Assembly: GCA_050950285.1 (NCBI GenBank)
Contig: JBMNHG010000003.1
Span: forward strand, 62,001-126,000
DNA: 64,000 nucleotides
Origin: Kiritimatiellia bacterium
GTDB taxonomy: Bacteria > Verrucomicrobiota > Kiritimatiellia > RFP12 > JBMNHG01
Direction of reading: 5' to 3'
A program made the translations under genes and the position numbers. How positions within the stretch are numbered: position 1 is the stretch's first letter; every line of letters starts with the position of its first letter. This document shows positions 1-13,057 of this stretch, in pieces. The notes beneath the pieces are model-generated. The model searched no databases. It was not told where the DNA came from and saw only the letters and a list, made by a program, of their open reading frames with translations.

Positions 1-1220
<1,220 letters not shown>

Positions 1221-1233
1221 CGGACGAGTGGCC

Positions 1234-1272
1234 GGGCGTTGCGCGGCGATGCAGGCTCGCCGCGCAACGCCC
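1234..1272. repeat. Perfect 16-bp inverted repeat (intergenic hairpin) between ilvC and ilvD
   Basis: GGGCGTTGCGCGGCGA-tgcaggc-TCGCCGCGCAACGCCC; no U-tract. Confidence 0.8.
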
Positions 1273-1307
1273 CCCGTCCTCCCTGCGCCCTCCCCCGAGG
1301 AACCACC

Positions 1308-2975
1308 ATGAATTCAGATCACGTAAAACAAGGCATCGAGCGCGCGCCGCACCGTTCGCTGATGAAGGCGATGGGCATGACCCAGAAGGAGATTGACCGT
1401 CCGCTGATCGGCATTGTCAACTCCTTCAATGAAGTTGTTCCGGGGCATGTCCACCTTCAGGAGATCGCCCGTGCGGTGAAATATGGCGTGCTCAGTGCCG
1501 GCGGCAGCCCGATGGAATTCAACACGATCGGCGTTTGCGACGGCATCGCCATGGGACACAGCGGCATGAAATACTCGCTGTGCACCCGCGAACTGATCGC
1601 CGACAGCGTCGAGTGCATGGTGCGGGCGCACCGTTTCGACGGGCTGGTCTTCATCCCCAACTGCGACAAGATCGTGCCGGGCATGATCATGGCGGCGGCA
1701 CGCCTGAACCTGCCCTCGATCTTTGTCAGCGGCGGCGCGATGTTGTCGCTCGAAGACGAAGAGGGCAGCCGTTGTCTGGACCTGAACAGCGTGTTCGAAG
1801 GCGTTGGCGCCTTCAAGGCCGGCACGATCACCGAAGAGGAGTTGGCCCGCCTCGAGGAAAGCGCCTGTCCGGGCTGCGGTTCCTGCTCCGGCATGTTCAC
1901 GGCCAATTCGATGAACTGCCTGACCGAAGCGATTGGCCTGGCGCTCGAAGGCAACGGCACCATCCCGGCGGTTTTCGCGGCGCGAACCCGCCTGGCCAAA
2001 GAGGCCGGCATGAAGATCATGGAGCTGGTGCGGCGCGACCTGAAGACGCTCGATATCCTGACGCCGGCGGCGATCCGCAACGCGCTGGCCGTCGATATGG
2101 CGCTGGGATGCTCGACCAACACGGTGCTGCATCTGGCGGCCATCGCCCATGAAGCGGGAATCCCCTTCTCCTTGCAGATGGTCAATGAAGTCAGCGCAAA
2201 GACCCCGAACCTGTGCCGCCTGGCCCCCGCCGGCAAGCACCACATGCAGGATCTGTATGCCGACGGCGGCGTCTATGGCGTGATGAAAGAACTGGCCAAG
2301 GCCGGCCTGCTCGATACGTCGCCGACCACCGTTTCCGGCAAAACGGTGGGCGAGAATCTGGCCCAAGCCGGGCGCAAGGGGCGCAATGTCATCGCCCCCA
2401 TCGAAAAGCCCTGCTCTGCGGTGGGCGGACTGGCCGTCCTGTTTGGCAATCTGGCGCCCCGTGGGGCGATCGTCAAAAAGAGCGCGGTCGCTGACAACAT
2501 GCTCGAATACCAGGGCACCGCCCGCGTCTTTGACGGCGAGGAAGCCGCCATCGAGGCGATTTACCAGCAGAAGATCAAGGCCGGCGACGTGGTCGTCATC
2601 CGCTACGAAGGCCCCCGCGGCGGCCCCGGCATGCGGGAAATGCTCGGGCCGACTTCGGCAATCGCCGGCATGGGGCTGGACAGTTCGGTAGCCCTGCTGA
2701 CCGACGGACGTTTCTCGGGCGCGACCCGCGGCGCGGCCATCGGGCACATCTCCCCGGAAGCACAAGCCGGCGGGCCGATCGCCTACGTCCAAGAGGGCGA
2801 CCGGATCGCCATCGACATCCGCAAGGGCACGCTGGATGTCCTGATCTCCGATGAAGAACTGGCCTTGCGTCGCCAAAGCATGCCGCTTCGCAAACAGGAA
2901 GACCTCCGTGGCTACCTTCGACGCTATGCGCAGTCCGTCACCTCCGCCGACTGCGGGGCGGCATTCAAGGACTAG
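1308..2975 (+). CDS. ilvD: Dihydroxy-acid dehydratase
   Basis: [47 protein letters not shown] motifs. Confidence 0.97.
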   Translation: MNSDHVKQGIERAPHRSLMKAMGMTQKEIDRPLIGIVNSFNEVVPGHVHLQEIARAVKYGVLSAGGSPMEFNTIGVCDGIAMGHSGMKYSLCTRELIADSVECMVRAHRFDGLVFIPNCDKIVPGMIMAAARLNLPSIFVSGGAMLSLEDEEGSRCLDLNSVFEGVGAFKAGTITEEELARLEESACPGCGSCSGMFTANSMNCLTEAIGLALEGNGTIPAVFAARTRLAKEAGMKIMELVRRDLKTLDILTPAAIRNALAVDMALGCSTNTVLHLAAIAHEAGIPFSLQMVNEVSAKTPNLCRLAPAGKHHMQDLYADGGVYGVMKELAKAGLLDTSPTTVSGKTVGENLAQAGRKGRNVIAPIEKPCSAVGGLAVLFGNLAPRGAIVKKSAVADNMLEYQGTARVFDGEEAAIEAIYQQKIKAGDVVVIRYEGPRGGPGMREMLGPTSAIAGMGLDSSVALLTDGRFSGATRGAAIGHISPEAQAGGPIAYVQEGDRIAIDIRKGTLDVLISDEELALRRQSMPLRKQEDLRGYLRRYAQSVTSADCGAAFKD

Positions 2976-3029
2976 TCCTTCCCGACGACAGAAACGAGGC
3001 AATCGACACGAGGATTTGGAGAACAAGCA

Positions 3030-4529
3030 ATGAGAACCATCAAGGTATTTGACACGACCCTGCGCGACGGCGAGCAGGCCCCCGGCTGCAGCATGCATCT
3101 GAAAGAGAAGATCGAGATCGCCATGGCCCTCGAGCGCCTGCGCGTCGACGTCATCGAAGCGGGCTTCGCCATCGCCTCGAAGGGCGATTTCGAGGCCATC
3201 CGGAAAATCTGCGAAGTCGTCAAAGACAGCACCGTATGCAGCCTGGCGCGTGCCGTGCCCAAAGACATCGACGCGGCCTACGAGTCCCTGCGCGGCGCCA
3301 GGCATGCGCGCATCCACACCTTCCTGGCGACGTCCCCGATCCACATGCAGTACAAGCTGAAGATGTCGCCGGAAAAGGTGCTGACGCGGATCGGCGACAT
3401 GGTGCGCCATGCGAAGAAGTATCTGCCGGACGTCGAGTTTTCGGCGGAGGACGCGATGCGCAGCGACAAGGAGTTCCTGGCCCGCGCGCTGGAGGTCGCC
3501 ATTGCCGCCGGCGCGACGACGGTGAATGTGCCGGATACGGTCGGCTACGCGACACCGACCGAGATGGTGGACATGCTGAAATACCTGGCCGACCACGTCA
3601 AGGGCATCGAGAATGTGACGATATCGGTGCATTGCCACAACGACCTGGGGCTGGCCGTGGCCAACTCGCTGGCCGCGGTGACCGCCGGGGCCGGGCAGAT
3701 CGAATGCACCGTCAATGGCCTGGGCGAACGCGCCGGGAATGCCGCCCTGGAAGAGATCGTCATGGGGCTGCATACCCGCAAAGCCTTCTACCAGTGCGAA
3801 ACCAACATCGACACGACGCAAATCTACCGCTCCAGCAAGCTGGTCTACAACCTGTTGGGCCTGCCGACGCCGATCAACAAGGCGATTGTCGGCGCCAATG
3901 CCTTTGCCCACGAAGCCGGCATCCATCAGCATGGTGTTCTGGCCAACCGCGAAACCTACGAAATCATGACGCCGCAATCGATCGGCCTGATCAAGAACGA
4001 GATGGTTTTCGGCAAGCACAGCGGGCGCCATGCGGTTGAAAACCGCCTGAACGAGATGGGCTACCAGCTGAGCAAGGAGGAGATGGACGATCTGTTCGAT
4101 CGCTTCAAAGACCTCGCCGACAAAAAGAAGACGGTCAACGACCATGACCTCGAGGCGCTGGCCGGGCGGAAACTCGTCGAGACGGCCGGTGGCTTCAAGC
4201 TGGAACGCTTTACGGTCAACTGCGGCAATTACGTGACCTCGAGCGCCGTGGTGCGCTTGAGCCATGACGACCAGATGATCGAGGAGGGCGCCATCGGCGA
4301 TGGCCCCATCGCGGCCGCCTACAATGCGATCGACAAGATCATTCCGGCTCCGCCGCACCTCCTCGAGGACTACTCGATCTTTTCGGTGACGGAGGGCCAG
4401 GACGCCCTCGGCGAAGTCATCGTCAAGATCAAGGCCGGGGACAAATCGGTGATCGGCAGGGGGCTGTCCACGGACATCATCGAAGCGAGCATCGTCGCGT
4501 ACGTCAATGGTCTCAACCGGCTCTTATAG
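3030..4529 (+). CDS. leuA: 2-isopropylmalate synthase
   Basis: [38 protein letters not shown]-terminal regulatory domain. Confidence 0.95.
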   Translation: MRTIKVFDTTLRDGEQAPGCSMHLKEKIEIAMALERLRVDVIEAGFAIASKGDFEAIRKICEVVKDSTVCSLARAVPKDIDAAYESLRGARHARIHTFLATSPIHMQYKLKMSPEKVLTRIGDMVRHAKKYLPDVEFSAEDAMRSDKEFLARALEVAIAAGATTVNVPDTVGYATPTEMVDMLKYLADHVKGIENVTISVHCHNDLGLAVANSLAAVTAGAGQIECTVNGLGERAGNAALEEIVMGLHTRKAFYQCETNIDTTQIYRSSKLVYNLLGLPTPINKAIVGANAFAHEAGIHQHGVLANRETYEIMTPQSIGLIKNEMVFGKHSGRHAVENRLNEMGYQLSKEEMDDLFDRFKDLADKKKTVNDHDLEALAGRKLVETAGGFKLERFTVNCGNYVTSSAVVRLSHDDQMIEEGAIGDGPIAAAYNAIDKIIPAPPHLLEDYSIFSVTEGQDALGEVIVKIKAGDKSVIGRGLSTDIIEASIVAYVNGLNRLL

Positions 4530-4536
4530 GGGAATC

Positions 4537-6093
4537 ATGAAACGACTGCACATCTTGGACAGCACCCTGCGCGACGGCGCGCAAAGCGAAGGCATCTCCT
4601 TCTCGGTGTCGGACAAGCTCCACATCGTCCAGGTGCTGGATGATATCGGGGTGTCCTACATCGAAGCGGGCAACCCGGGCTCGAACCCCAAGGACATCGA
4701 GTTCTTCAACCGGGCTGCGGAAATCCCGCTGAAGAACGCGAAGCTGTGCGCCTTTGGCAGCACGCGCCGCAAGAACCTGAAGGTGGAAGAGGACGACAAT
4801 GTGCTTTCGCTGCTGAAGGCCAAAACCGACACCATTGTCATCTTCGGGAAAAGCTGGGACCTGCACATCCGGAAAATCCTCCAGACCACGAACGAGACGA
4901 ACCTCGAGCTGGTTTTTGACACGGTCGAATTCTTCAAGAAGCAGGGCAAGGAACTGATCTTCGACGCGGAGCATTTTTTCGACGGCTACAAGAGCGATGC
5001 CGACTGCGCGATCGAAGTGCTCCGGGCCGCCGACGCGGCCGGCGCGGATTCGCTCTGCCTCTGCGATACCAATGGCGGTTGCAGCCCGGATGAAGTCTTC
5101 CGGATCACCCGGGAGATCGTGCGGCTTTTCCCCGGCCGTCCGATCGGCATCCACTGCCACAACGACACCGGTTGCGCGGTCGCCAATTCGATGCTGGCGG
5201 CAACCGCCGGCGCGGTCCAGGTGCAGGGGACCTTCATCGGCATCGGGGAGCGCTGCGGCAACGCGGACCTAAGCGTGATCATCCCGAACCTGCAGTTGAA
5301 GCAGGGCTATCGGTGCGTCGCCGGCGACCTGTCCAACCTTTCCGAAGCCGTCTACGCGATCTCGGAAATCTCGAACATGCCGGTGCCGGGGAACAAGCCC
5401 TATGTCGGCCTCAGCGCCTTTGCGCACAAAGGAGGCATGCACATCGACGGGGTCGCCAAGTGCTCGTACTCCTTCGAGCATGTCGATCCCGAAGCGGTCG
5501 GCAACAAGCGGCGCTTCCTGATGAGCGAAGTGTCCGGACGCACCACCGTGCTGGCCAAACTCGGCGGCATCGCGCCGGACCTGACCAAGGACTCGCCGGA
5601 GACGGCGGCGATCGTGCGGCGCCTCAAGGAGATGGAACACGAGGGCTATCAGTTTGAATCCGCCGACGCGAGTTTCGAGCTGATGGTGCTGCATGTGCTG
5701 GGACGCTACCGGCCGCATTTCAACCTGATCATGTACAAGACCAGCGGCGAATACCCCAGCCCCAATGGCGAGTTGAGCGCATACGCGATGCTGACCATCG
5801 AGGTCGACGGCAAAACCGAAACTGCGGCCTCCCTCGGCAACGGCCCGGTGAACGCGCTCGACCTGGCGCTGCGAAAGGCCCTGATCGTCTTCTACCCGGA
5901 AGTCGGCAGGGTCCAGCTGATCGACTACAAGGTCCGCGTGCTCGACGGAGGACAAGCCTCCGCCGCAAAGGTCCGCGTGCTCATGGAGAGCACCGACGGC
6001 GAAACAGCCTGGACGACCGTCGGAGTCTCCTCCGACATCATCGAGGCCAGCTGGCTTGCACTCGTCGATTCCATCGAGTACATTCTGAAATAG
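4537..6093 (+). CDS. cimA: Citramalate synthase
   Basis: DSTLRDGAQSEG, FGKSWDLH, FDAEHFFDG, AHKGGMH, GNGPVNALD: CimA subfamily of LeuA. Confidence 0.92.
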   Translation: MKRLHILDSTLRDGAQSEGISFSVSDKLHIVQVLDDIGVSYIEAGNPGSNPKDIEFFNRAAEIPLKNAKLCAFGSTRRKNLKVEEDDNVLSLLKAKTDTIVIFGKSWDLHIRKILQTTNETNLELVFDTVEFFKKQGKELIFDAEHFFDGYKSDADCAIEVLRAADAAGADSLCLCDTNGGCSPDEVFRITREIVRLFPGRPIGIHCHNDTGCAVANSMLAATAGAVQVQGTFIGIGERCGNADLSVIIPNLQLKQGYRCVAGDLSNLSEAVYAISEISNMPVPGNKPYVGLSAFAHKGGMHIDGVAKCSYSFEHVDPEAVGNKRRFLMSEVSGRTTVLAKLGGIAPDLTKDSPETAAIVRRLKEMEHEGYQFESADASFELMVLHVLGRYRPHFNLIMYKTSGEYPSPNGELSAYAMLTIEVDGKTETAASLGNGPVNALDLALRKALIVFYPEVGRVQLIDYKVRVLDGGQASAAKVRVLMESTDGETAWTTVGVSSDIIEASWLALVDSIEYILK

Positions 6094-6105
6094 AGGAGTT
6101 CCCGC

Positions 6106-7365
6106 ATGCAAATGACCCTGTCCCAGAAAATCCTGGCGGCCCATTCGGGCCGGGAGTCGGTACGTCCCGGCGAGTTGATCCTGGCGGACCTGGATTTGGT
6201 CCTGGCCAATGACATCACGGCGCCGGTGGCGATCAACGAATACCGCAAGGCCGGCGCCGGCTGTGTGTTCGACTGCCGGAAAATCGCGTTGGTGATGGAT
6301 CACTTCACGCCGAACAAGGACATCAAGGCCGCCGCGCAGACCAAGCTGGTCCGCGATTTCGCCGACGAGAAAAACATCGAGCACTTCTATGATGTCGGCG
6401 AAGTCGGCGTCGAGCACGCGCTGCTTCCGGAAAAGGGTCTGGTGATCGCCGGCGATCTGGTCATCGGCGCCGACAGCCATACCTGCACCTACGGTGCGCT
6501 GGGCGCCTTCTCGACCGGCGTGGGCTCGACGGACATGGCCGTGGGCATGGCCTACGGAAAAGCCTGGTTCAAAGTGCCGGCCGCCATGAAATTCAACCTG
6601 CATGGCCGCCTGCCCAAATGGGTCGGCGGAAAAGATGTCATTTTGCACATCATCGGCAAAATCGGAGTCGATGGCGCCCTCTACCGATCGATGGAATTCG
6701 CCGGTGACGGCGTCGCCTCCCTGACGATGGACGACCGCCTCTGCATCTGCAACATGGCCATCGAAGCCGGCGCCAAAAACGGCATCTTCCCGGTGGACGA
6801 CCGGACGTTGCGCTATATTGCCGAACGCTCCAGGCGCAAGCCGGTCGTCTTTGCCGCCGACGAGGATGCCGAGTATGAATCCGAGATGGAGATCGACCTG
6901 GGCCGCGTGCGTTCGACGGTGGCTTTCCCGCACCTGCCTTCGAACACGCGCACCTTTGATCGAATTCCGGAGATCCGGATCGACCAGGTGGTGATCGGCT
7001 CCTGCACCAACGGGCGCTTGTCCGACCTGCAGGCCGCCGCTGAAATCCTCAAGGGGCGCAAGGTCAACAAGCGGGTGCGCACGCTGGTCATTCCCGCCAC
7101 GCAGAAGATCTGGCTGGACGCCTCGCGGCAGGGGCTCCTCGAGATCTTCGTCCGTGCCGGCTGTGCGGTGTCGACACCGACCTGCGGCCCCTGCCTGGGC
7201 GGGCACATGGGCATCCTGGCCCAAGGCGAGCGCGCCGTGGCAACCACCAACCGCAACTTCGTCGGACGCATGGGACACCCCGGGAGCGAAGTCTATCTGG
7301 CCGGCCCGGAAGTCGCCGCCGCCTCCGCCTTGACCGGCGTCATCACCGATCCGGCCACCCTGTGA
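6106..7365 (+). CDS. leuC: 3-isopropylmalate dehydratase large subunit (short ~420-aa type)
   Basis: [37 protein letters not shown]. Confidence 0.95.
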   Translation: MQMTLSQKILAAHSGRESVRPGELILADLDLVLANDITAPVAINEYRKAGAGCVFDCRKIALVMDHFTPNKDIKAAAQTKLVRDFADEKNIEHFYDVGEVGVEHALLPEKGLVIAGDLVIGADSHTCTYGALGAFSTGVGSTDMAVGMAYGKAWFKVPAAMKFNLHGRLPKWVGGKDVILHIIGKIGVDGALYRSMEFAGDGVASLTMDDRLCICNMAIEAGAKNGIFPVDDRTLRYIAERSRRKPVVFAADEDAEYESEMEIDLGRVRSTVAFPHLPSNTRTFDRIPEIRIDQVVIGSCTNGRLSDLQAAAEILKGRKVNKRVRTLVIPATQKIWLDASRQGLLEIFVRAGCAVSTPTCGPCLGGHMGILAQGERAVATTNRNFVGRMGHPGSEVYLAGPEVAAASALTGVITDPATL

Positions 7366-7382
7366 GCAAAGGAGAACGCACG

Positions 7383-7858
7383 ATGAAACTTACCGGCAAC
7401 GTCATCCGCTATGGCGACAATGTCGATACCGACGTCATCATCCCGGCGCGCTATCTGAACACCTCGGACCCCAACGAACTGGCCGCGCACTGCATGGAAG
7501 ACCTCGACAAGACCTTTGTCGAGCGCGTGCGGAAGGGCGACATCATGGTCGGCGGGCAGAATTTCGGCTGCGGCTCCTCCCGCGAGCATGCTCCGATCGC
7601 CATCAAGGAATCCGGCATCGCCTGCGTCGTCGCAAAGAGCTTCGCGCGCATCTTTTACCGCAATTCCATCAATACCGGCTTGCCCATCGTGGAATTTGAC
7701 GGGGAAATCGAAGAGGGCGACCAGCTCGAGATCGATTTCGAAAAAGGGGTTCTGAAGAATCTGACGCGGCACACGGAAGGCCGTTTCCCCCCGTTTCCGG
7801 CTTTTCTCCAGAAGATCATTCACGCAGGCGGTTTGTTCAAAGCGATGGAGGAACTGGC

Positions 7859-7862
<4 letters not shown>
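7383..7862 (+). CDS. leuD: 3-isopropylmalate dehydratase small subunit
   Basis: [34 protein letters not shown]. Confidence 0.95.
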
Positions 7863-8927
<1,065 letters not shown>

Positions 8928-9051
8928 CGGGGCATAGGCGGAGGATCTCCATTTCCGGATTGGCCTCGTGGAGGATGCAGGCGAGCATGCCGTGACGGCA
9001 CGCGGGAAGTGCCCGGGGATCTCGCGCCGGAATTTGTCGGCAATGCGCCTC

Positions 9052-9117
9052 GTTGAGCGTCAGGAAATACCAGCCGGGGCTGGTGAAGTCCCAGCCCCGC
9101 ATGCGCAGATGCTTGCG
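9052..9117 (-). mobile_element. N-terminal remnant of a REP-associated tyrosine (Y1/RAYT) transposase
   Basis: Translation RKHLRMRGWDFTSPGWYFLTLN resembles the RAYT N-terminal consensus RxxLRLxGxDYSxPGxYFxT; no start codon, HUH motif or catalytic Tyr region follows. Confidence 0.7.
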
Positions 9118-9128
9118 CGTTGCGCCGG

Positions 9129-9734
9129 CTACTGGCTGGAGGGTCGCGGACTTCGTTTGCGTGAAAAGCAGGCTTGCAGGGCTTCTTCGCTTTCGAAGCA
9201 TTCCCGCAGCCGCAGGTAGAGCCGGTGTGTTTGCACGCAATCCGCCAGGGCCCGGTGGAAGGTGATGTCTTTTGATTCGATGCCGATGCGGCGGCAAAGG
9301 TCTTCCAGCCGATAGCCCGGGAGGCCCGGGACGGCTTTCCGGGCGATCCGGACGGTGTTGACGAAGTCGTTCGAGAAGGCGATGCCCAGGTAGGATGTGC
9401 GGTCGTAAAGGAAACGGATGTCGAACGATACGTTGTGTCCGAGGAGGATGTCGCCGCCGATGAAATCCATGTATGTCCCGAGGACTTCCTCGAGGGGCGG
9501 CGCATCTTCGACCATGCCGTTGGTGATGCCGGTCAGTTCCGTGATCCCAGGGGGGATCCCGCGCCAGGGCCGCACGAGTTGCTGGAAGCTTTCCACGATC
9601 TCGCCGTCGCGGACTCGCAGGGCCGCCATCTCGATGATTTCGGCGTATGTGGAACTCAACCCCGTCGTTTCGAGGTCGACAACCACATAGTCCAGCGGCA
9701 AGGCGACGAGGCTACGTCCTGGGTGTTTGCGCAT
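9129..9734 (-). CDS. DEDDh 3'-5' exonuclease (DnaQ/PolC-exonuclease-like)
   Basis: VVDLETTG (ExoI), GHNVSFD (ExoII), HRALAD (ExoIII). Confidence 0.9.
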   Translation of the reverse strand: MRKHPGRSLVALPLDYVVVDLETTGLSSTYAEIIEMAALRVRDGEIVESFQQLVRPWRGIPPGITELTGITNGMVEDAPPLEEVLGTYMDFIGGDILLGHNVSFDIRFLYDRTSYLGIAFSNDFVNTVRIARKAVPGLPGYRLEDLCRRIGIESKDITFHRALADCVQTHRLYLRLRECFESEEALQACFSRKRSPRPSSQ

Positions 9735-10482
9735 CCGGCGTTCCTGTTCCCGATGATGTAAGGGGCGGCGCGCCGCGTATTTCCGCGACGAAGCGGAAGT
9801 CGTGGCAGAAGCAGGCGATGCCGGGGATCCGGCAGAGGAGCTTGTTCAGCGGGTAGATGATCCATTTGGGCAGGCCGTTTTCGGGAAGCCATCCCTGGCG
9901 CTCCATCGCGAGGCACCGGAAGCCGCTTTCCTCCAGCGCATCCCGCAGCATCTTCCGGGTTACGACCTCCTCCCCGTGGTTCACCACGCCCAGGAGGTCC
10001 GCCAGCTTCTCGGCGAAGGAGAGGCGGTTGACCATGCGGAAGGCGAAGATCTTTCCGCCGGGCTTCAACACCCGGCGCACCTCGTTGAGGAATCTCGTCT
10101 TTTCCTTCACGTGCTCGAGCACGGCGTAGAGCATCACGCCGTCGAAGGTGCCGTCTTCATAGGGCAGTTCGAAGGGTTTGGACCATCGGAAGGGGATCTT
10201 GCGCAGTTTCATGACCATTTCGACGAATTCCGTCGGGCGGCCGTTCCACGAGGGGATGTCGCACGCCTCGACGTCGAAGTAGCGCGCCAGGTCGCGCGAT
10301 GGAAGGCCCACGCCGCACCCGACGTCGAGCATCTTCGCCCCGTCGGGCAGGTAGCGCCGGATGGAACGGATGTCCCTTCGCTGTTCGAGCCCGTAGGCGC
10401 CCAGATCCAGCCGGACCAAGCCGTCGTAATCGGCCATCGTGTCGAATTCCGTGTTGCCGCATCGTGTTTCGCCGGGCGTCAT
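9712..10482 (-). CDS. Class I SAM-dependent methyltransferase
   Basis: MLDVGCGVG, LPYEDGTFD, AVLEHV, RRVLKPGG. Confidence 0.88.
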   Translation of the reverse strand: MTPGETRCGNTEFDTMADYDGLVRLDLGAYGLEQRRDIRSIRRYLPDGAKMLDVGCGVGLPSRDLARYFDVEACDIPSWNGRPTEFVEMVMKLRKIPFRWSKPFELPYEDGTFDGVMLYAVLEHVKEKTRFLNEVRRVLKPGGKIFAFRMVNRLSFAEKLADLLGVVNHGEEVVTRKMLRDALEESGFRCLAMERQGWLPENGLPKWIIYPLNKLLCRIPGIACFCHDFRFVAEIRGAPPLTSSGTGTPDAQTPRT

Positions 10483-10592
10483 GTTCGTTCGTCCTTTTCC
10501 GGGGATGGTCGCCCCCTTTGATCGGGCAGGCTCGCCGGGGGCGGACGCCTTGCGACGGCGCGCCGCGCCTCCTGCTGGAGCCCCTTGGTGGC

Positions 10593-10622
10593 AAGGTATC
10601 CCAACCGGGACGGGGATGTCAA
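10593..10622 (-). promoter_or_regulatory. Putative sigma70 promoter of the methyltransferase-exonuclease unit
   Basis: TTGACA-18 nt-TACCTT on minus strand. Confidence 0.55.
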
Positions 10623-10709
10623 ACCCGCTGTCGCCGCCCGAGGCGCCGTCTTCGCGGCGGGCGGTTTTGGCTTGCCTGTCGACAGCCGTTTCCCCCAAAA
10701 TGTCTTTCT

Positions 10710-12080
10710 ATGGCATACGAAGTATTGGCGCGCAAGTGGCGTCCCCGGCAGTTTGCCGACGTGATCGGCCAGGAGCATGTGACGCGCACGCTCTCCAACG
10801 CCATTGCCTCTGGGAGAGTGGCGCACGCGTACCTGTTCATCGGGCCGCGCGGCATCGGCAAGACCACGCTTGCCCGCATTTTCGCCAAGGCCCTCAACTG
10901 CGAGAAGGGCCCGACGGTCGCCCCGTGCGACGAGTGCGAGCATTGCCGGCTGATCATGGGCGGCAACGCGCTGGATGTGATGGAGCTGGACGGCGCCTCC
11001 CACAACAAGGTCGAGCATATCCACCCCATCCTCGACTCCATCCACTTTGCGCCTGCCGCCGGACGTTTCAAGATCATCATCATCGACGAATGCCACATGC
11101 TGACTCCTTCGGCCTGGAATGCGCTGCTGAAGACGCTGGAGGAGCCGCCGTCCTTCGTGAAGTTCATCTTCGCCACGACCGAGGGCGACAAGCTTCTGCC
11201 CACCATCATCTCCCGCTGCCAGCGCTTCGATTTGCGCCGCATCCCCTCCACCCTGATCGCCTCCCAGCTCGAGAAGATTGCCGCCGCGGAGAAGATTCCG
11301 ATCGAAAAAGACGCCCTGCTCGCCATCGCGCGCGGCGCCGAGGGCGGCATGCGCGACGCCCTCTCCGCCCTCGACCAGCTGGCCGCCTTCACGGACGGCA
11401 CCATCGCCGAATCCGACGTGCTCGGCATCTTTGGCCTGGTCTCCCGCGAGTCCCTCGAGAACCTGGCCGCCCACATCCTGCGCGGCGACGCCGCCTCGGC
11501 CCTTCGCCTGGTGGACGAACTGTACCAGTCCGGCAAGGATCTCCGCCGTCTCGTGGCCGAACTCCTGAACCACTTCCGGAACCTCCTGGTCTGCCAATAC
11601 GTGGGCGCGGCCGGCAGCGCTTCGCTCGATGTCACGCCCGAACAGGAGAAGGTGCTTCGCGAGCAGTCGGCCCTGGCTTCGTCCGAGGGCGTCCTCCGCG
11701 TGGCCGAGCATCTTGCCGACGCCGATGGCCGCATGCGCTACGCCCTCTCCGGCCGGGTTCTTCTCGAGACGGCCCTCGTGCGCTGCTGCCGCGCCGCGGT
11801 CACCATCTCCCTCGACGAGGTGCTGCGCCGGCTGAAGGCGCTGCGCACGGAAGCCCCGGCAACGGCTCCGGCCGCCCGCGCGGAATCGGGCGGGGCGCCG
11901 CAGGCGGCCGTTCCTCCCGTGGCCATCCCCATCCCGCCGGTGGCGACGCCCGCGCCCGCCGCGCCCGCGCCCTCTTCCCCCTCTTCTTCCTCCTCTGCCG
12001 ACGACCCATCGCTTTTCCGGGATCCGGTGCTGAAACAGGCGCTGTCCTCCCTCGATGGCCGCGTCATCGGCGTGGAATAA
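10710..12080 (+). CDS. dnaX: DNA polymerase III subunit gamma/tau
   Basis: YEVLARKWRP, GPRGIGKTT, Zn-binding cysteines, IIDECHML, SRCQRF; followed by ybaB-recR. Confidence 0.96.
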   Translation: MAYEVLARKWRPRQFADVIGQEHVTRTLSNAIASGRVAHAYLFIGPRGIGKTTLARIFAKALNCEKGPTVAPCDECEHCRLIMGGNALDVMELDGASHNKVEHIHPILDSIHFAPAAGRFKIIIIDECHMLTPSAWNALLKTLEEPPSFVKFIFATTEGDKLLPTIISRCQRFDLRRIPSTLIASQLEKIAAAEKIPIEKDALLAIARGAEGGMRDALSALDQLAAFTDGTIAESDVLGIFGLVSRESLENLAAHILRGDAASALRLVDELYQSGKDLRRLVAELLNHFRNLLVCQYVGAAGSASLDVTPEQEKVLREQSALASSEGVLRVAEHLADADGRMRYALSGRVLLETALVRCCRAAVTISLDEVLRRLKALRTEAPATAPAARAESGGAPQAAVPPVAIPIPPVATPAPAAPAPSSPSSSSSADDPSLFRDPVLKQALSSLDGRVIGVE

Positions 12081-12108
12081 CCCCCACATCCATCCCCAAA
12101 GGATCCGT

Positions 12109-12444
12109 ATGGCCAACATGTTCGACCAAGTGAAGCAGGCGATGCAGATGCGCAAAGAAGCCAAGCGCATGCAGGCCGAAGTCGAGAAGATCACCGCCGA
12201 GTACTCCAACGGCGGCATCACCTGCGTGGTGCGCGGCGACCTCACCGTCACCTCGATCACCTTCGCCCCCGGCGCCTTCGACGAAGTGCTCGCCGGCAAG
12301 CCCGACCGCTTCAACACGATGCTTGTCAACGTCGTGAACAACGCCCTCAAGAGCGCCAAGAACAAGACGCAGGAGCAGATGGTCGCCGCCATGAAGGCCA
12401 ATGGCCTGGGCGACATGCTCGGCGGACTCGGCGGGCTCGGCTGA
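12109..12444 (+). CDS. ybaB: YbaB/EbfC nucleoid-associated protein
   Basis: Size, N-terminal KQAMQM..MQAE helix and conserved dnaX-ybaB-recR synteny. Confidence 0.88.
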   Translation: MANMFDQVKQAMQMRKEAKRMQAEVEKITAEYSNGGITCVVRGDLTVTSITFAPGAFDEVLAGKPDRFNTMLVNVVNNALKSAKNKTQEQMVAAMKANGLGDMLGGLGGLG

Positions 12445-12445
12445 C

Positions 12446-13042
12446 ATGCCCCGGCCGCTCGACGATCTCGTGCGTGCGCTGTCCCGCCTTCCGGGCCTCG
12501 GCCGGAAGAGCGCGGAGCGCGCCGCGCTGGCTCTCGTGCGCAAGCCCGACGACCTGTTGGACGGGCTGGTGGCCGCCCTGCAGGCCGCCCGCGCCTCGGT
12601 GCGCGTGTGCGACGCCTGCGGCGGCTTCGCCACCGTGGACGCCAACCCCTGCGCCCTCTGCACGGATCCCACGCGCGACGACTCCATCCTCTGCGTGGTC
12701 GAGGAGCCGGGCGACATCCTCGCCATGGAGCGCGCCGGGGTCTTCCGCGGCCGCTACCACGCCCTCCTCGGGAAGGTCTCGCCCGCCCGCCAGACGGGAC
12801 CCGGCGCGCTGCGCCTCGAACAGCTCGCCGCGCGCGTGCGCGCAGGCGGCGTGCGCGAGGTCGTCCTCGCCATGTCCACCGACCTCGAAGGGGACGCCAC
12901 CGCCGCGATGATCCGCGCCCTCCTCGAACCGACCGGCGTGCGCGTCTCGCGGCTCGCCTTCGGACTTCCCGCGGACAGCGGCGTCGGCTATGCCGACCCT
13001 CTCACGCTCAAGCGCGCCCTCGCCGGGCGCATGGACGCCTGA
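12446..13042 (+). CDS. recR: Recombination mediator RecR
   Basis: LPGLGRKSAER HhH, C4 zinc finger, CVVEE, EGDATA Toprim. Confidence 0.95.
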   Translation: MPRPLDDLVRALSRLPGLGRKSAERAALALVRKPDDLLDGLVAALQAARASVRVCDACGGFATVDANPCALCTDPTRDDSILCVVEEPGDILAMERAGVFRGRYHALLGKVSPARQTGPGALRLEQLAARVRAGGVREVVLAMSTDLEGDATAAMIRALLEPTGVRVSRLAFGLPADSGVGYADPLTLKRALAGRMDA

Positions 13043-13057
13043 CCCCCGGAGTCCCCC

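Noticed and set aside
9129..10482. Methyltransferase plus exonuclease as a defence system
   Set aside because: The MTase has small-molecule class I motifs, not DNA-MTase motifs (no DPPY/NPPY/PC); the adjacency looks incidental.
10483..10709. SRP RNA (ffs), tRNA-Ser or SAM riboswitch upstream of dnaX and the methyltransferase
   Set aside because: GC hairpins are present, but no SRP domain-IV motif, cloverleaf or SAM-I core was recognisable on either strand.
10710..12080. Programmed frameshift in dnaX
   Set aside because: No A6G or long A-run slippery site after domain III; the ORF is continuous with a Pro/Ala/Ser linker.
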